A DNA stretch of 64,000 nucleotides from an uncultured Gemmatimonadales bacterium (GCA_963809895.1 CAWELD010000003.1:1824001-1888000), one strand, 5' to 3'. Numbered from the stretch's first letter, positions 1 through 9,989 are shown. Notes: a model not told the origin generated them from the letters alone. Translations and numbers: made by a program.

Positions 1-267
1 GTGGGCGTCGATCTTGTGCTCGCCGTCGTAGATGTGGGCAGCGGCCAGAGTGGCGTCACGCTCCGGCATGCGACAGCGCACGACGATGGCCTGCGGGCGA
101 TAGAGGTCGCCGCTGGAGGGCTGAGGCGTGGGAATCGCGTAGTGGACCCACGTCTGTTGGCCGCCGCGGCCGCGGATCTCCAGATAGAAGCCCGCCCGCC
201 AGGTGCCTTCGATGCGATCCGGGTGCTCGATACGGCCGGAGTGGCCGTGGGTGGCGTAGGTGATCAC
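1..267 (-). CDS. Partial CDS running off the window start; resembles DUF6623-type proteins
   Basis: Not in the ORF track. Manual translation VITYATHGHSGRIEHPDRIEGTWRAGFYLEIRG...WVHYAIPTP...AHIYDGEHKI; the GTG start at 267 is uncertain. Confidence 0.5.
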   Translation of the reverse strand, partial: MITYATHGHSGRIEHPDRIEGTWRAGFYLEIRGRGGQQTWVHYAIPTPQPSSGDLYRPQAIVVRCRMPERDATLAAAHIYDGEHKIDAH

Positions 268-404
268 GGGATACCGTGGTGGAGGGATGTGAGAGACACT
301 TGGCGACCGGCTCCCGGGGACCCGACGGGCCGGCCCTGTCTCGGGGAAGGATCATGGGCCCCTCTCAACGGTGAGAACGACAGCGCCCGAAAGGCAAGGA
401 AGTC

Positions 405-1598
405 TCAGCGCCGGCCCTCGGGCGTCAGGGCGAGCTCCACGATCCAGGGCACGCCGGCGTCGTCCAGCACACGGCCCCACACCGTGCCGTGCCCGGCGCC
501 GAGGAAGAGGAAGCCCTCCGGCATCATGGCGCTGCCCAGGTAGGCGCCGTGGATGCTCACGAGCCGCCACACGACCCGGCCGTCGGGCAGTGCGGGGTCC
601 TCCGCCGCCCGCCAGCGCGCGCTCTGGTACATGGCGACCACCGTGTCCCCGGCCGGATACAGCTCGTTGGTGATGGCCATGGGTCCCGGCCGCTGGCCCG
701 CAGCCAGCGCGCCCATGTCGGCCACCTCGCGGCGAATGTCCTCCTCCGTGTGCTGGCGTTCGCTCAACGGGAGTCGAACCTCACGCCGCAGCGCTCCGTC
801 CAGCGTGTAGACGCGGATCACGGGCAGGTCGGAGCGCATGGTCACCAGATGTTCGCCGGTCAGGGTCCAGAGAGGCCGGCCGTTCTCGATGGTGCCGGGC
901 CGGGCGTCGTCAGGCCAGTCGGGCAGCGTCGCCAGCGTGCGCAGCGCACCGGAGACGCCGTCCACCCGCACGAGGTCGTGGGTTCCGCGGGGTCCCCGCT
1001 CCGGGGCGAGAATCTCCGCCACGAAGGCGTCCGCATCCAGGATCGGGATGGTCTTGAGCAGCAAGGCCGGCGCATCCAACGGCGCACTTCCCAGCCGGGT
1101 CCCCTCGAGGCCGAAGGCGTGCAGCTGACGATTCGCGGGATCGAGGACGCGAAGTCCCGTCGGCGAGGCCGCCACCGCGACGTAGTCCGAGAGCTCCCCG
1201 GGCCCCTGACCCCCTCGGCCGAAGCGCGCGACGACGGAGTCCGCGCTCAGGTCCATGACAACCAGGGGTCGGTCGGCGTGCGGATCCCACACCAGGAGAC
1301 GGTCCCCGGCCAGAGGCACCGCAGCGGCCGGGTCGAAGATCCGTGGCTCACCGCCGGCGTCGACCGTGCGGACGCGACGGACCGTCCGGACCCGCCAGCG
1401 AAAGGACTCGTCCAGGAGCGAGGGGAGGGATTCGAGGCTGGCGAGCTCGATGCCGTCCCGCTGGACGACCGTCGGCGGCACTGGACCCGTGCTCATGGCG
1501 GCAGCGGGGCCGCGGTCACCTCCGTCCTCGCAAGCCGACAGGAGTACCAGGGTCCCCACGAGCCCCACTCCCAGGATGCGACCGTGGACCTCGGACAT
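405..1598 (-). CDS. 6-bladed beta-propeller lipoprotein
   Basis: Lipobox LLSAC; motif FGRGGQGPGEL; repeated beta-blade segments. Confidence 0.75.
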   Translation of the reverse strand: MSEVHGRILGVGLVGTLVLLSACEDGGDRGPAAAMSTGPVPPTVVQRDGIELASLESLPSLLDESFRWRVRTVRRVRTVDAGGEPRIFDPAAAVPLAGDRLLVWDPHADRPLVVMDLSADSVVARFGRGGQGPGELSDYVAVAASPTGLRVLDPANRQLHAFGLEGTRLGSAPLDAPALLLKTIPILDADAFVAEILAPERGPRGTHDLVRVDGVSGALRTLATLPDWPDDARPGTIENGRPLWTLTGEHLVTMRSDLPVIRVYTLDGALRREVRLPLSERQHTEEDIRREVADMGALAAGQRPGPMAITNELYPAGDTVVAMYQSARWRAAEDPALPDGRVVWRLVSIHGAYLGSAMMPEGFLFLGAGHGTVWGRVLDDAGVPWIVELALTPEGRR

Positions 1599-1952
1599 GG
1601 TGGCTCCTCAGCGGGAATCCCTGACGAATCTCCGAACGTTCCTACGCTCGGAACGGGAGGCGGTTGCGAGGCGAATCATCCGCGAGCGCCATCGTGATGG
1701 GGATGTCCGCTCGGCCGAGCCCGCGCTCGCCGGCCCTCTTCCTGCTGGCTCGAGCCGCTTAGATTCCGCCTCCATCCTTGCCGCACCCACAGGAGGTGCA
1801 GAATCACGGACGATCCCGAGACTCCGCCCGGCCACGAAGACGAGGCCGAGTCGGGAGATGCCCCGGTCGCCGAGCCGACGCCGGCCCGGCACGAGCCGGG
1901 ACCCACACCGGCCGAGCCCGCCGCGCGTCCCTCGCTCCGGGCGCGCACCCGC

Positions 1953-2963
1953 GTGTTCTGGCACCGTCATCGCGCGCTCTTCTGGACGCTTCATTCCATC
2001 TGGGCGTTGGGCACCGGCACGGTGGTGATCTACCTGGCGCGCGAACGCTACGGCTTCGTGCGGTGGGTGGCGGTGTTTCTCGGGCTCACCTGGGCCTCCA
2101 CCATGTTCTTCGGCCGTCAGCGGTCCGTGGGAAAGCCCGAGGACGAAAAGGGCAGGCCCCATCCGCCGGGCCTGGTGCACGAAGTGACCTCGTACGTCAC
2201 GCGCATCATGTACCAGGAAACCCTCTTCTTCTTGTTGCCCTTCTACGCCTACTCCACCGTCGTAGGCTCGCCCAACGTTCTCTTCGTGGGACTCCTGGGC
2301 GCCCTGGCCGTGCTGTCGTGTCTGGACCTCCTCTTCGACCGCTGGCTCCGGACCAAGCCGGTGTTCGGACTGGTCTTCTTCTCCATCGTGGCCTTCGCGG
2401 CCATCAACCTCCTCTTGCCCCTCTTCTTCAGGCTGCCGCCCCGCTTCGGCACACCGCTGGCCGGACTGATGGCGGTGGGCGGCGGCGTGCCGTTGGCGCT
2501 GCGCTCATCGGCCGGCGGGCGGGGTAGCCGCATCCGGCTGGGGGTCACGGCGGTCGGCCTCCTGGCCATCGCCGTCGGACTGCCCAGCGTCGTGCCACCG
2601 GTGCCGCTCCGTCTCGAGCGCGCCACCTTCGCCGGGGCCATCGACCGCGAGACCCTGACGCTCCACGACACGCTCACCTCGCCGGTCCCGGCTCACGCGG
2701 TCGAGGGGCCCATCATCGTGCTCGCCCAGGTCTTCGCCCCCACGTCGGTGCCCACCCGGGTCATCATGGACTGGGAGCGTGACGGCGTGCCGCTGCGCCA
2801 GAGCCGCAACATCGAGCTGGTGGCGCATGCCTGGGGATTCCGGGTGTGGGACAGTTGGCGCCCGCCGTCGGGCACCGTGCCACCGGGCACCTACCGGGTC
2901 ACGCTCCGCACCGCGGGCCATCGGGTGTTCGCGGTGGCGCGACTGGTGGTGGCGGAACCGTGA
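1953..2963 (+). CDS. Membrane protein with C-terminal DUF2914-like beta domain (DUF5924/DUF2914 type); may start at ATC 1803
   Basis: About 7 hydrophobic helices, motif QETLFFLLPFY, C-terminal GFRVW...PGTYRVTLRT. Confidence 0.7.
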   Translation: MFWHRHRALFWTLHSIWALGTGTVVIYLARERYGFVRWVAVFLGLTWASTMFFGRQRSVGKPEDEKGRPHPPGLVHEVTSYVTRIMYQETLFFLLPFYAYSTVVGSPNVLFVGLLGALAVLSCLDLLFDRWLRTKPVFGLVFFSIVAFAAINLLLPLFFRLPPRFGTPLAGLMAVGGGVPLALRSSAGGRGSRIRLGVTAVGLLAIAVGLPSVVPPVPLRLERATFAGAIDRETLTLHDTLTSPVPAHAVEGPIIVLAQVFAPTSVPTRVIMDWERDGVPLRQSRNIELVAHAWGFRVWDSWRPPSGTVPPGTYRVTLRTAGHRVFAVARLVVAEP

Positions 2964-3064
2964 GCGGGCGGCCGGGGGCCGCCTCGGGCGACGGGGCGCC
3001 TGGAACCCGCGGAGGAGTCCGAGGGTCTCTCACCTCGACCTCCCTTCAACCCGTGAGCCACGCC

Positions 3065-3553
3065 ATGATACGTTCCCGTTCCCTGGCCGTCGCCGGTACG
3101 CTGGCCCTGTTCCTCGCCGCCGCGTGCGGAGGCAATGCCGACAACGAGGCATCGGAGGGCATGGCCGAACAGGCCGAAGCCCCCGCCGCTGGAGCCATGG
3201 AGGCCGCCGAGGGTCCCAGCGTGACCATCCTCGAGCCCACAGAGGGCGCCGAGATCGACGGCGATTCCGTGCTGGTGCGCCTGGCGGCGAGTGGGGTGCA
3301 GATCGTGCCGGCGGGTGACACCACACCCGGCACCGGGCACCACCATCTCTACCTGGACGCCGACCTGGGCGAGCCCGGCGTCGCCGTGCCGTCGGAGCCG
3401 GGACACATCGTCCACCTGGGGACCGGCGTCAGCGAATACGTGTTCACGGACGTGGCTCCGGGCCAGCACCGACTCATCGCCGTCATCGCCGACGGGCTGC
3501 ACGTGCCGCTGCAGCCGTGGGTGACGGACACGGTGAACTTCGTGGTGCGGTAG
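3065..3553 (+). CDS. DUF4399-domain lipoprotein
   Basis: Lipobox LAAAC; motifs GTGHHHLYLD and PGQHRLIAVIADGLH. Confidence 0.8.
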   Translation: MIRSRSLAVAGTLALFLAAACGGNADNEASEGMAEQAEAPAAGAMEAAEGPSVTILEPTEGAEIDGDSVLVRLAASGVQIVPAGDTTPGTGHHHLYLDADLGEPGVAVPSEPGHIVHLGTGVSEYVFTDVAPGQHRLIAVIADGLHVPLQPWVTDTVNFVVR

Positions 3554-3559
3554 AGAAGC

Positions 3560-3726
3560 TCAGCCCCCGGAGGGGGCGACCAGCGAGGGCACGAAGATGG
3601 CGATGGCCCGCGTGCGGCGATCCGCCGACGTGCCGAGGAACGCCTGGGCCACCTTGGCGCCGGTGCCCGGCTCTTCGATGTCACCCAGGATGATGGCATT
3701 GGCGCCCAGCTTGCCCGCCTCGTCCG
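3560..3726 (-). pseudogene. Headless 3' remnant of a small protein (YbjQ-like tail)
   Basis: Reads DEAGKLGANAIILGDIEEPGTGAKVAQAFLGTSADRRTRAIAIFV...stop with GC3-rich codons; no usable start; begins at the hydrolase stop codon. Confidence 0.6.
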
Positions 3727-4710
3727 CTAGCCGCCCCCCACAACGCCCGCCAGGAATCCCCGCACCGCCTGGAAGAAGGCGTCGCGCTGCTCCACGAACG
3801 AGAAGTGGCCCGCATCGGGGATCGTCACCAGGCGCGCCTGCGGGAGCCCCTCGGCCAGCACCTTCCCGCCGATGCGCGCCCCGGGCTCGTCCGCGCCGAA
3901 CAGGAGCAGCACGGGGACCCGCACCCGCTCCAGGTCACCGGTGACGTCGTAATCGAGAAGGTCCGGCAGCATGTAGCCGAACTGGCGGCTCCGCTCCGCG
4001 TAGTCGGGCTCGATGTGGAAGCGCAGGGCGTCCACCTGCGACGGATCGTGGAACTGGCTCCGGAACGAGAGCTTCAGCGCGGCCTCCACCGCCGCCGGCT
4101 CCTGGGCCTGGTAGGCCGGGTCCCGCTGGAGCGCACCCAGGCCCGCCGTGTCGGCGGGCTCCAGCGACGCCGCCAGCGCTTGCTGTTCCTGCTGCCACAA
4201 CGCGGTGGTGGGTGGCATGGGGCTGACGAGGATCAGGCTGCGCACACGGTCCGGATACCTCTCGGCGTACTCGAGCGCCAGCAGCCCTCCCCAGGAGTGG
4301 GCGATGACGTGCACACGCTCCAGCCCCAGGGCCTGACGCAGGGCCTCGATGTCGGCCACCAGCGTATCCAGGCGGACCGAGGCGCTGTCCACCACGCCGT
4401 CGGAGCGGCCACTGAGCCGCTGATCGAAGTAGACGAGCTCCAGGCTGGAGTCCAACGGCGTCAGGTGATCGCGCAGATAGGTCTGGTCCAGCACCGGACC
4501 CCCGTGGACCACCAGGGCGGGCTCGCCCCTGCCCTCCCGATGCACCCACAGGTGCGTGCCGTTCACGGGCAGGAGGGTGTCGGCGGCCACGAAGACGGAG
4601 TCGGTCCGCTCGCTGCTGCAGCCGGCGAGCGAAGTCAGCAACAGCGTCGCCAGTAACAGGACGTGCCGGCGCGGACGGGCCGGCGGGCCGGCGAGTGCGA
4701 AAGGGCTCAT
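3727..4710 (-). CDS. Alpha/beta hydrolase lipoprotein (proline iminopeptidase-like)
   Basis: HGGP oxyanion motif, AHSWGG nucleophile elbow, C-terminal AGH, lipobox LAGC. Confidence 0.85.
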   Translation of the reverse strand: MSPFALAGPPARPRRHVLLLATLLLTSLAGCSSERTDSVFVAADTLLPVNGTHLWVHREGRGEPALVVHGGPVLDQTYLRDHLTPLDSSLELVYFDQRLSGRSDGVVDSASVRLDTLVADIEALRQALGLERVHVIAHSWGGLLALEYAERYPDRVRSLILVSPMPPTTALWQQEQQALAASLEPADTAGLGALQRDPAYQAQEPAAVEAALKLSFRSQFHDPSQVDALRFHIEPDYAERSRQFGYMLPDLLDYDVTGDLERVRVPVLLLFGADEPGARIGGKVLAEGLPQARLVTIPDAGHFSFVEQRDAFFQAVRGFLAGVVGGG

Positions 4711-4771
4711 GGTCCAGGAACCTTCCACGCTCGCCGCCAGCGGGCAACCAGCGCGCAACCCAATCCCCCCT

Positions 4772-4826
4772 TCCCCTTGTCTGCTAGGGGAGAGGTCGCT
4801 ATATGTTCCCCTAGCGTGCTTGGTAT
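4772..4826 (+). promoter_or_regulatory. Promoter with two putative PadR operators
   Basis: TCCCCTTG-TCTG-CTAGGGGA (4772-4791) and TCCCCTAG-CGTG-CTTGGTAT (4807-4826) overlap TTGTCT-N17-TATATG. Confidence 0.65.
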
Positions 4827-4846
4827 CCCCCGCAACCGGACGATCC

Positions 4847-5191
4847 ATGGGCACGAACGACGTCGCGCTGTCGGCGAGCACCCTGAACTTCCTGGTCCTG
4901 AAGGCGCTGCACGGCGGCGCCGAGCATGGATACGGCGTGGCCCGCTGGATCGAGCGCGTCACGGACGACGCGCTGAGCGTGGAAGAGGGCTCGCTCTATC
5001 CGGCGCTGCACCGGATGGAGAAGCAGGGGCTCCTGGAAAGCCGCTGGGGAACGTCGGACAACAATCGACGGGCCAAGTTCTACCGACTCACGGAACGAGG
5101 CCGGACGCGACTGGCGACCGAGCAGGCGAGCTGGGTGGAGTTCGCCGCGGCCATGGCCAAGGTGGCGGCCGCGGGATCGAGCGCGGGGTGA
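4847..5191 (+). CDS. PadR family regulator (acidobacterial ADOP-associated type)
   Basis: HGYGV, EEGSLYPALHRME, NNRRAKFYRLT. Confidence 0.92.
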   Translation: MGTNDVALSASTLNFLVLKALHGGAEHGYGVARWIERVTDDALSVEEGSLYPALHRMEKQGLLESRWGTSDNNRRAKFYRLTERGRTRLATEQASWVEFAAAMAKVAAAGSSAG

Positions 5192-5204
5192 ACGGGAGAC
5201 GACG

Positions 5205-7895
5205 ATGAGCGGAGAGGAACGAGAGGACTGGGGCCGGGACGACCGGCCGCGTCAGGACCCGGAGCGGGACGTCCAGGACGAGATCGCGTTCCACATGGAG
5301 ATGCGGATCCGCGAGAACGTGGCCCGGGGGATGAGCCCGGAGGCTGCACGAGAGGAAGCCGAAGGACGTTTCGGCAATCCCCGGCGCGTCGAACGGGAGA
5401 TGCTGGCCATCGGAGTCCGGGGCGGCTCACCGGTGGGCGCCGCCCGAGGCCCCGAGCTCCTGCGGGAGCTGTCCCGGGCCGTACGCACGCTTCGGCGCAG
5501 ACCCGCCTTCACGGCCGTGACGGTCCTCACCCTGGCGCTGGGCATCGGTGCCGCCACCGCGGTCTTCAGCGTGGCGAACTGGCTCCTCTTTCGCACCGTC
5601 GCCGGCGTGCAGTCCCCGGACTCCCTGGTCACGGTGACGATCGCCACGGAGAGCTCACCCGACGGCGCCTTCTTCTTCGATCACCCCAGCTACGAGGCAT
5701 TCCAGGGCGCGGCGCCCGCGTTGAGCGGGCTCACGGCCTCGCAGGTCACCGAGGCCAACGTCTGGCTCCCGGGCAGCGACCGGCCGCAGCGGATGACCGC
5801 GGCCTACGTGGCACCCGACTTCTCCCGCGTCCTGGGACTCCGTCCGTTGGCCGGCCGCACCTTCACCGCGGAAGACCGGGTCGAGCCCCACGTGACGCTC
5901 ATCAGCGACCACCTGTGGGCGACCCTGTACGGCCGGAATCCGGCGGCGGTGGGGTCGACGCTGACGGTGAACGGATCGGCGGTGACGGTGGTGGGGGTGG
6001 CGCCGGCCGACTTCCGCGGCGTCCAGCTCCTGGGCGACACCGACCTGTGGATCCCGGTGGAGGCCCGCGACGTGGTCCTGGCCTCGGCGCCCGCCGACGT
6101 GCTGTCCAGCGACTGGAACATCTGGAGCCAGATGGTGGGACGACTCGCTCCGGGCGCCACGCTGGAACAGGCGGCCCAGCAACTCACGGCGGTGGCCACG
6201 GGACTGCGAAGCGATGCGGGAGGGTCCCTGCCCACGAAGGCGGTGGCCCGCACGCGCGCGGGCATCGGCCTGACGCCGTGGCAGCGTGGCCAACTCAGCG
6301 AGATCTTCCGGGTGCTGGCGGGCGTGGTGGGGCTCCTGCTGCTGCTGGCGTGCGCCAACGCCGCCAACCTGCTCCTGGCCCGCATCGGAGGACGGGCCGA
6401 CGAGCTGTCCATCCGCCGGGCCATCGGCGCCGGCCACCGCCGCATCGTGCGCCTGTTGGTGACCGAAGCCGGACTCGTGGTCTGCATCGCCGGCGTCGTC
6501 GGTGTGGGGCTCGCCGCCGGCGCCGTGCGCCTCTTTCGGGGGGAGCGCTTGCTCACCTTCATGCCACCGCTGACCGGGACCCGGCTCGACGGCCGCGTCC
6601 TCCTCTTCGCGTTGGCCCTCAGCCTGGCTACGGGGCTGGTCTTCGGCGTGATCCCCTCGCTGCTGGCGAGCCGGCGCCTGGGCACCGTGCTCCGGTCCGG
6701 TGCGCGCAGCGTGAGTCGGCGCGGCCCGAGCCAGGTGCTGGTGATGGCGCAGGTCGCCATCTCGGTGACCCTGGTGGTGGGCGCGGGGCTGCTCCTGAAC
6801 ACGGTGGTCCGCCTCAACCACCAGGAGCTCGGGTTCCGCCCCCAGGGCGTGCTGGAGGCCTCGGTGGACCCGGGATCGCAGGGCTACGAGCCCGCCCGCA
6901 TGCAGTCCTTCTTCCGCGAGCTCCGCACCCGGGCCGCGGCGCTGCCGGGCGTCCAGGCCGCCGGACTGTCCTGGATCCCGGTCCAGGGACGGGACCGCGC
7001 GGGCAACGTCGTGCGACCGGAGGGTCTCGCGCAGGACGACGAGCGCGCAGTTCAGGCCGCGGCGAACCAGATCACCCCCGGCTTCCTCACCGCCGTGGGC
7101 ATCGAGCTGATCGCGGGGCGTGACTTCCGGGGTGACGAGCTGTTCGACGAGCAGGGCGATGTCGTGATCGTGAGCGAGGCCGTGGCCGCCCGCATGTTTC
7201 CCGGAGGCGACGCCCTCGGCCGCATCGTGGATCTGGGGTACCGCGAGCCCGAGCTCCGCGAGATCGTGGGGATCGTGGGCGACGCCCGCGTCAACACGGT
7301 CAAGGACGCGGAGGACGGCCTCGTCTTCCAGCCGCTGGGCGTGCCCTGGAGCCCCACCCGCGCCACGCTGTACGTGCGAGGCCAGGGGGATCGCATGCCC
7401 GACCCCGGCACCCTGCATCGACTTCTCACCGAGCTGGATCCCGCCCTGCCCTTCTACGACATGCAGCCCCTGACCCGGCGCGTCGCCGGCACCCTGACCA
7501 TGGAGCGCGTGCTCGCACGCCTCACGGCGGTCTTCGCCACGCTGGCCCTCGTACTGGCCGCGGTGGGGCTCTACGGGATGATGACCGTCGCCGTCCAGAG
7601 CCGGGTCCGGGAGATGGGGATCCGCCTGGCGCTGGGGGCCCGGCCGCAGCAGGTCCGGCACATGGTCCTGCGCCGTGGTCTCCTCCTCACCGTCGCAGGC
7701 GTGGCGGTGGGGCTGCTGGCTTCGACCCAGGCCACGCGCCTGATCCGGTCGCGGCTCTGGGGCGTGGGTCCGTGGGATCCCGTGGTGTTCGGCGCCGCCG
7801 CCCTGGTGCTGCTGGCCACGGCCGTGGTGGCGTGCTGGATCCCGGCGGCCCGCGCCACCCGGGTGGACGCCGTGGCGACGCTGACGGAGGAGTAG
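5205..7895 (+). CDS. ADOP duplicated ABC permease with prefix-domain-1-type N terminus
   Basis: DEIAFHMEMR..RFG prefix; TLALGIGAATAVFS, ACANAANLLLAR, REMGIRLALGA; two MacB_PCD+FtsX units. Confidence 0.93.
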   Translation: MSGEEREDWGRDDRPRQDPERDVQDEIAFHMEMRIRENVARGMSPEAAREEAEGRFGNPRRVEREMLAIGVRGGSPVGAARGPELLRELSRAVRTLRRRPAFTAVTVLTLALGIGAATAVFSVANWLLFRTVAGVQSPDSLVTVTIATESSPDGAFFFDHPSYEAFQGAAPALSGLTASQVTEANVWLPGSDRPQRMTAAYVAPDFSRVLGLRPLAGRTFTAEDRVEPHVTLISDHLWATLYGRNPAAVGSTLTVNGSAVTVVGVAPADFRGVQLLGDTDLWIPVEARDVVLASAPADVLSSDWNIWSQMVGRLAPGATLEQAAQQLTAVATGLRSDAGGSLPTKAVARTRAGIGLTPWQRGQLSEIFRVLAGVVGLLLLLACANAANLLLARIGGRADELSIRRAIGAGHRRIVRLLVTEAGLVVCIAGVVGVGLAAGAVRLFRGERLLTFMPPLTGTRLDGRVLLFALALSLATGLVFGVIPSLLASRRLGTVLRSGARSVSRRGPSQVLVMAQVAISVTLVVGAGLLLNTVVRLNHQELGFRPQGVLEASVDPGSQGYEPARMQSFFRELRTRAAALPGVQAAGLSWIPVQGRDRAGNVVRPEGLAQDDERAVQAAANQITPGFLTAVGIELIAGRDFRGDELFDEQGDVVIVSEAVAARMFPGGDALGRIVDLGYREPELREIVGIVGDARVNTVKDAEDGLVFQPLGVPWSPTRATLYVRGQGDRMPDPGTLHRLLTELDPALPFYDMQPLTRRVAGTLTMERVLARLTAVFATLALVLAAVGLYGMMTVAVQSRVREMGIRLALGARPQQVRHMVLRRGLLLTVAGVAVGLLASTQATRLIRSRLWGVGPWDPVVFGAAALVLLATAVVACWIPAARATRVDAVATLTEE

Positions 7896-7904
7896 CATAG
7901 CAGC

Positions 7905-7938
7905 GACCCCTCCGCCACCCTCAGGCGACGGAGGGGTC
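7905..7938. terminator. Hairpin between convergent genes
   Basis: GACCCCTCCG ... CGGAGGGGTC, perfect 10-bp arms. Confidence 0.6.
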
Positions 7939-7970
7939 AGAGCGCCTCCAAGGGTCCGGAAGAGCCGGAA

Positions 7971-8254
7971 TCAGGACCCGCAGCTGACGGACAGGCTGCC
8001 GTGGTCCGACGCGCCGGGTCCTACCTGGAGCGTGGCCCGCAGGCGCCCGCCACCGGCCTTGTTGGCGGGCAGGATCATCTGGAGCTGGAGCGACGACACC
8101 AGCGTGACCCGGTCCGTCACGACGCTCCGGTGGTGCTCCTGGACCTTCGCCTCCATGGGCTCCCCGACCTCACCGGTGCCCACGTCGATGGGCGTGAGCG
8201 AGAGGCGGCCGCGCGCCTGGAAGTTGCTGTGCAGATTCCCGTGGGAGGCGTGCC
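7971..8254 (-). pseudogene. Headless 3' remnant (about 94 codons) of an unknown protein
   Basis: HASHGNLHSNFQARGRLSLTP...SLSVSCGS-stop with host-like codon bias; starts directly after the DUF2332 stop. Confidence 0.5.
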
Positions 8255-9292
8255 TCAGCGAGGGCGCAGAAGCTCCCGGAGCGTCCCCACCGCCTCGTGG
8301 TCGGGCTCGATGAGCGACGGATGGGGATCGCACGAGGCGAGTTGGAGGGTCTCCCCGGACAGGTGGATCGTGATCGCCGCGGGCGGGCCGCCTTCCCGGG
8401 CGACCTTCGTGACCTCGAGTTCGACCCACAGGGCCGCGCCCGGGGCGTGGCCCGCGATCCATGCGCGCATCCCCTCTTCGTAGCGACGCAGCTCGTCGGC
8501 GGGCAGGTAGTCCCGCATGACGGTCTGGAAGGCGAGCATGCGGGTGTGTGGAGGCGCGTCGGTGGGGAGCAACGCCGGCACGTCTCCCGCGGAGGCCGCC
8601 ACCAGCTCCGGACGCGGATCACTGGCGCGCCACGCCCGGATGGCGGCCTCCAGGCGGTGCTGCCGGCTGGCCTGCCCGGGCCACACGCAGGCCCGCAACC
8701 AGCGCGCGCTGTCCTCGTCGGTGACGTCCAGCGGGCGCAGGTCGTAGCCTCGACGGAGGGTGATCTCCGGCAGGGGATCCACCTGAACCGGTTCACCACC
8801 GGGCCGGGTCCAGACTCGCGGGAGGGCGTCGGCGACCAGGTTGAGTCCCGCGCTGGTGCCCACGTCGAAGATTTGCAGCCTCGCCCGCGGATCGACCTCG
8901 GCCAGGATGTGGGCCGGCCACAACCACGCCGCCGCCCTCGTGGTCTCGTTGGTCTGCACGTAGCGGCGGCGCAGGGATGCCCACAACGGCCGATCGGGGG
9001 TGAGGGCGACGGCCACGGCCTCGGGCGTGATGACGGCGAGCTCCGGTTCGGTGCCCATGGCCGCGAACAGCGGATGCGCCGGCCCCTCGGCCAGGGCGTC
9101 CGCTCGCAGCGCTGCCAACAGGAGCAGGGGCCGCTCGTACCAGGCCCCGAACGAACGCTCGGCCCACACCTCCGCAAGACGATCCATGGGCAGCGCCTCG
9201 GGAAGGAGCGCCAGGATGCGCGCGTAGGCCGGGGCACGCGTCGCCACGTAGTCCCGCTGCGAAGCCAGGTCTTCGAGAAGGCCCTCGATCAT
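8255..9292 (-). CDS. DUF2332 family protein (methyltransferase-like fold)
   Basis: VQTNETTRA, FDVGTSAGLNL, WLRACVWP, DPH motifs; ATGA overlap with vapC. Confidence 0.85.
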   Translation of the reverse strand: MIEGLLEDLASQRDYVATRAPAYARILALLPEALPMDRLAEVWAERSFGAWYERPLLLLAALRADALAEGPAHPLFAAMGTEPELAVITPEAVAVALTPDRPLWASLRRRYVQTNETTRAAAWLWPAHILAEVDPRARLQIFDVGTSAGLNLVADALPRVWTRPGGEPVQVDPLPEITLRRGYDLRPLDVTDEDSARWLRACVWPGQASRQHRLEAAIRAWRASDPRPELVAASAGDVPALLPTDAPPHTRMLAFQTVMRDYLPADELRRYEEGMRAWIAGHAPGAALWVELEVTKVAREGGPPAAITIHLSGETLQLASCDPHPSLIEPDHEAVGTLRELLRPR

Positions 9293-9705
9293 GCCATCAG
9301 ACGCCGGTAGCCGGCGACCTCGAAGTGGTGATCGAAGGCGAAGGCCGTGGTCAGATCCAGGCGGCGCATGACCTCGAAGCTCACGGCGTCGGCAAGGGAG
9401 AAGTGCTGATCCCGGAAGCGTCGCATCCAACGCTCCAGGGCTTCGCCGATCAGCTCCGTCGAGGCGTCGAGCCACTCGTGGGCCGGATCGGCCATCAGGC
9501 GTTCGAGGTGTTCGCGGGCCACCTCGGGCCCGCGACGATGGAGGAGGTGTCCGTGAAGCTCCGCAAGCACGAGGGTCGTGCCCACCCATCGCCCCCCGGT
9601 GGCCAGGAAGCGACGACCGATGGCCACGGCCTCCTCGTGGTGTTGGTCGCGCGGATTCGCCACGGCCAACAACGCGCCGGTGTCAACGAGCGCTCGACTC
9701 GCCAT
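9289..9705 (-). CDS. vapC: PIN-domain VapC toxin
   Basis: LVDTGALLA, SLADAVSF, AFAFDHHF. Confidence 0.9.
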   Translation of the reverse strand: MASRALVDTGALLAVANPRDQHHEEAVAIGRRFLATGGRWVGTTLVLAELHGHLLHRRGPEVAREHLERLMADPAHEWLDASTELIGEALERWMRRFRDQHFSLADAVSFEVMRRLDLTTAFAFDHHFEVAGYRRLMA

Positions 9706-9982
9706 CGTCGAGATCCGTGCCGTAGAGGTAGCGCTCGTGATGCTCGGCCAGGTCGTCGGGGAGCGACGGATCGTCACCCAGGGCCCCGACGAGTCCTTCG
9801 AACGCCGTCCCCGGCGCGTGCTCCGTCAAGAGATCACCGGCCACCCGGCGGAGACCCCGTCTCAGGATCTCGGCCCGCGAAAGCCCTGTCCGCTCGGCGG
9901 TCTCGTCCAACAACGAACGGTCGGCCGGGTCCAGGTAGACCTGCACCGGCTCCTTGACCTGAGCGCGTTTTCGTGGGGCCAT
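9683..9982 (-). CDS. vapB: CopG/ribbon-helix-helix antitoxin
   Basis: VQVYLD...TGLSRAEILRRGL; DLAEHHERYLY tail; overlaps vapC. Confidence 0.82.
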   Translation of the reverse strand: MAPRKRAQVKEPVQVYLDPADRSLLDETAERTGLSRAEILRRGLRRVAGDLLTEHAPGTAFEGLVGALGDDPSLPDDLAEHHERYLYGTDLDDGESSAR

Positions 9983-9989
9983 CGGTCTT

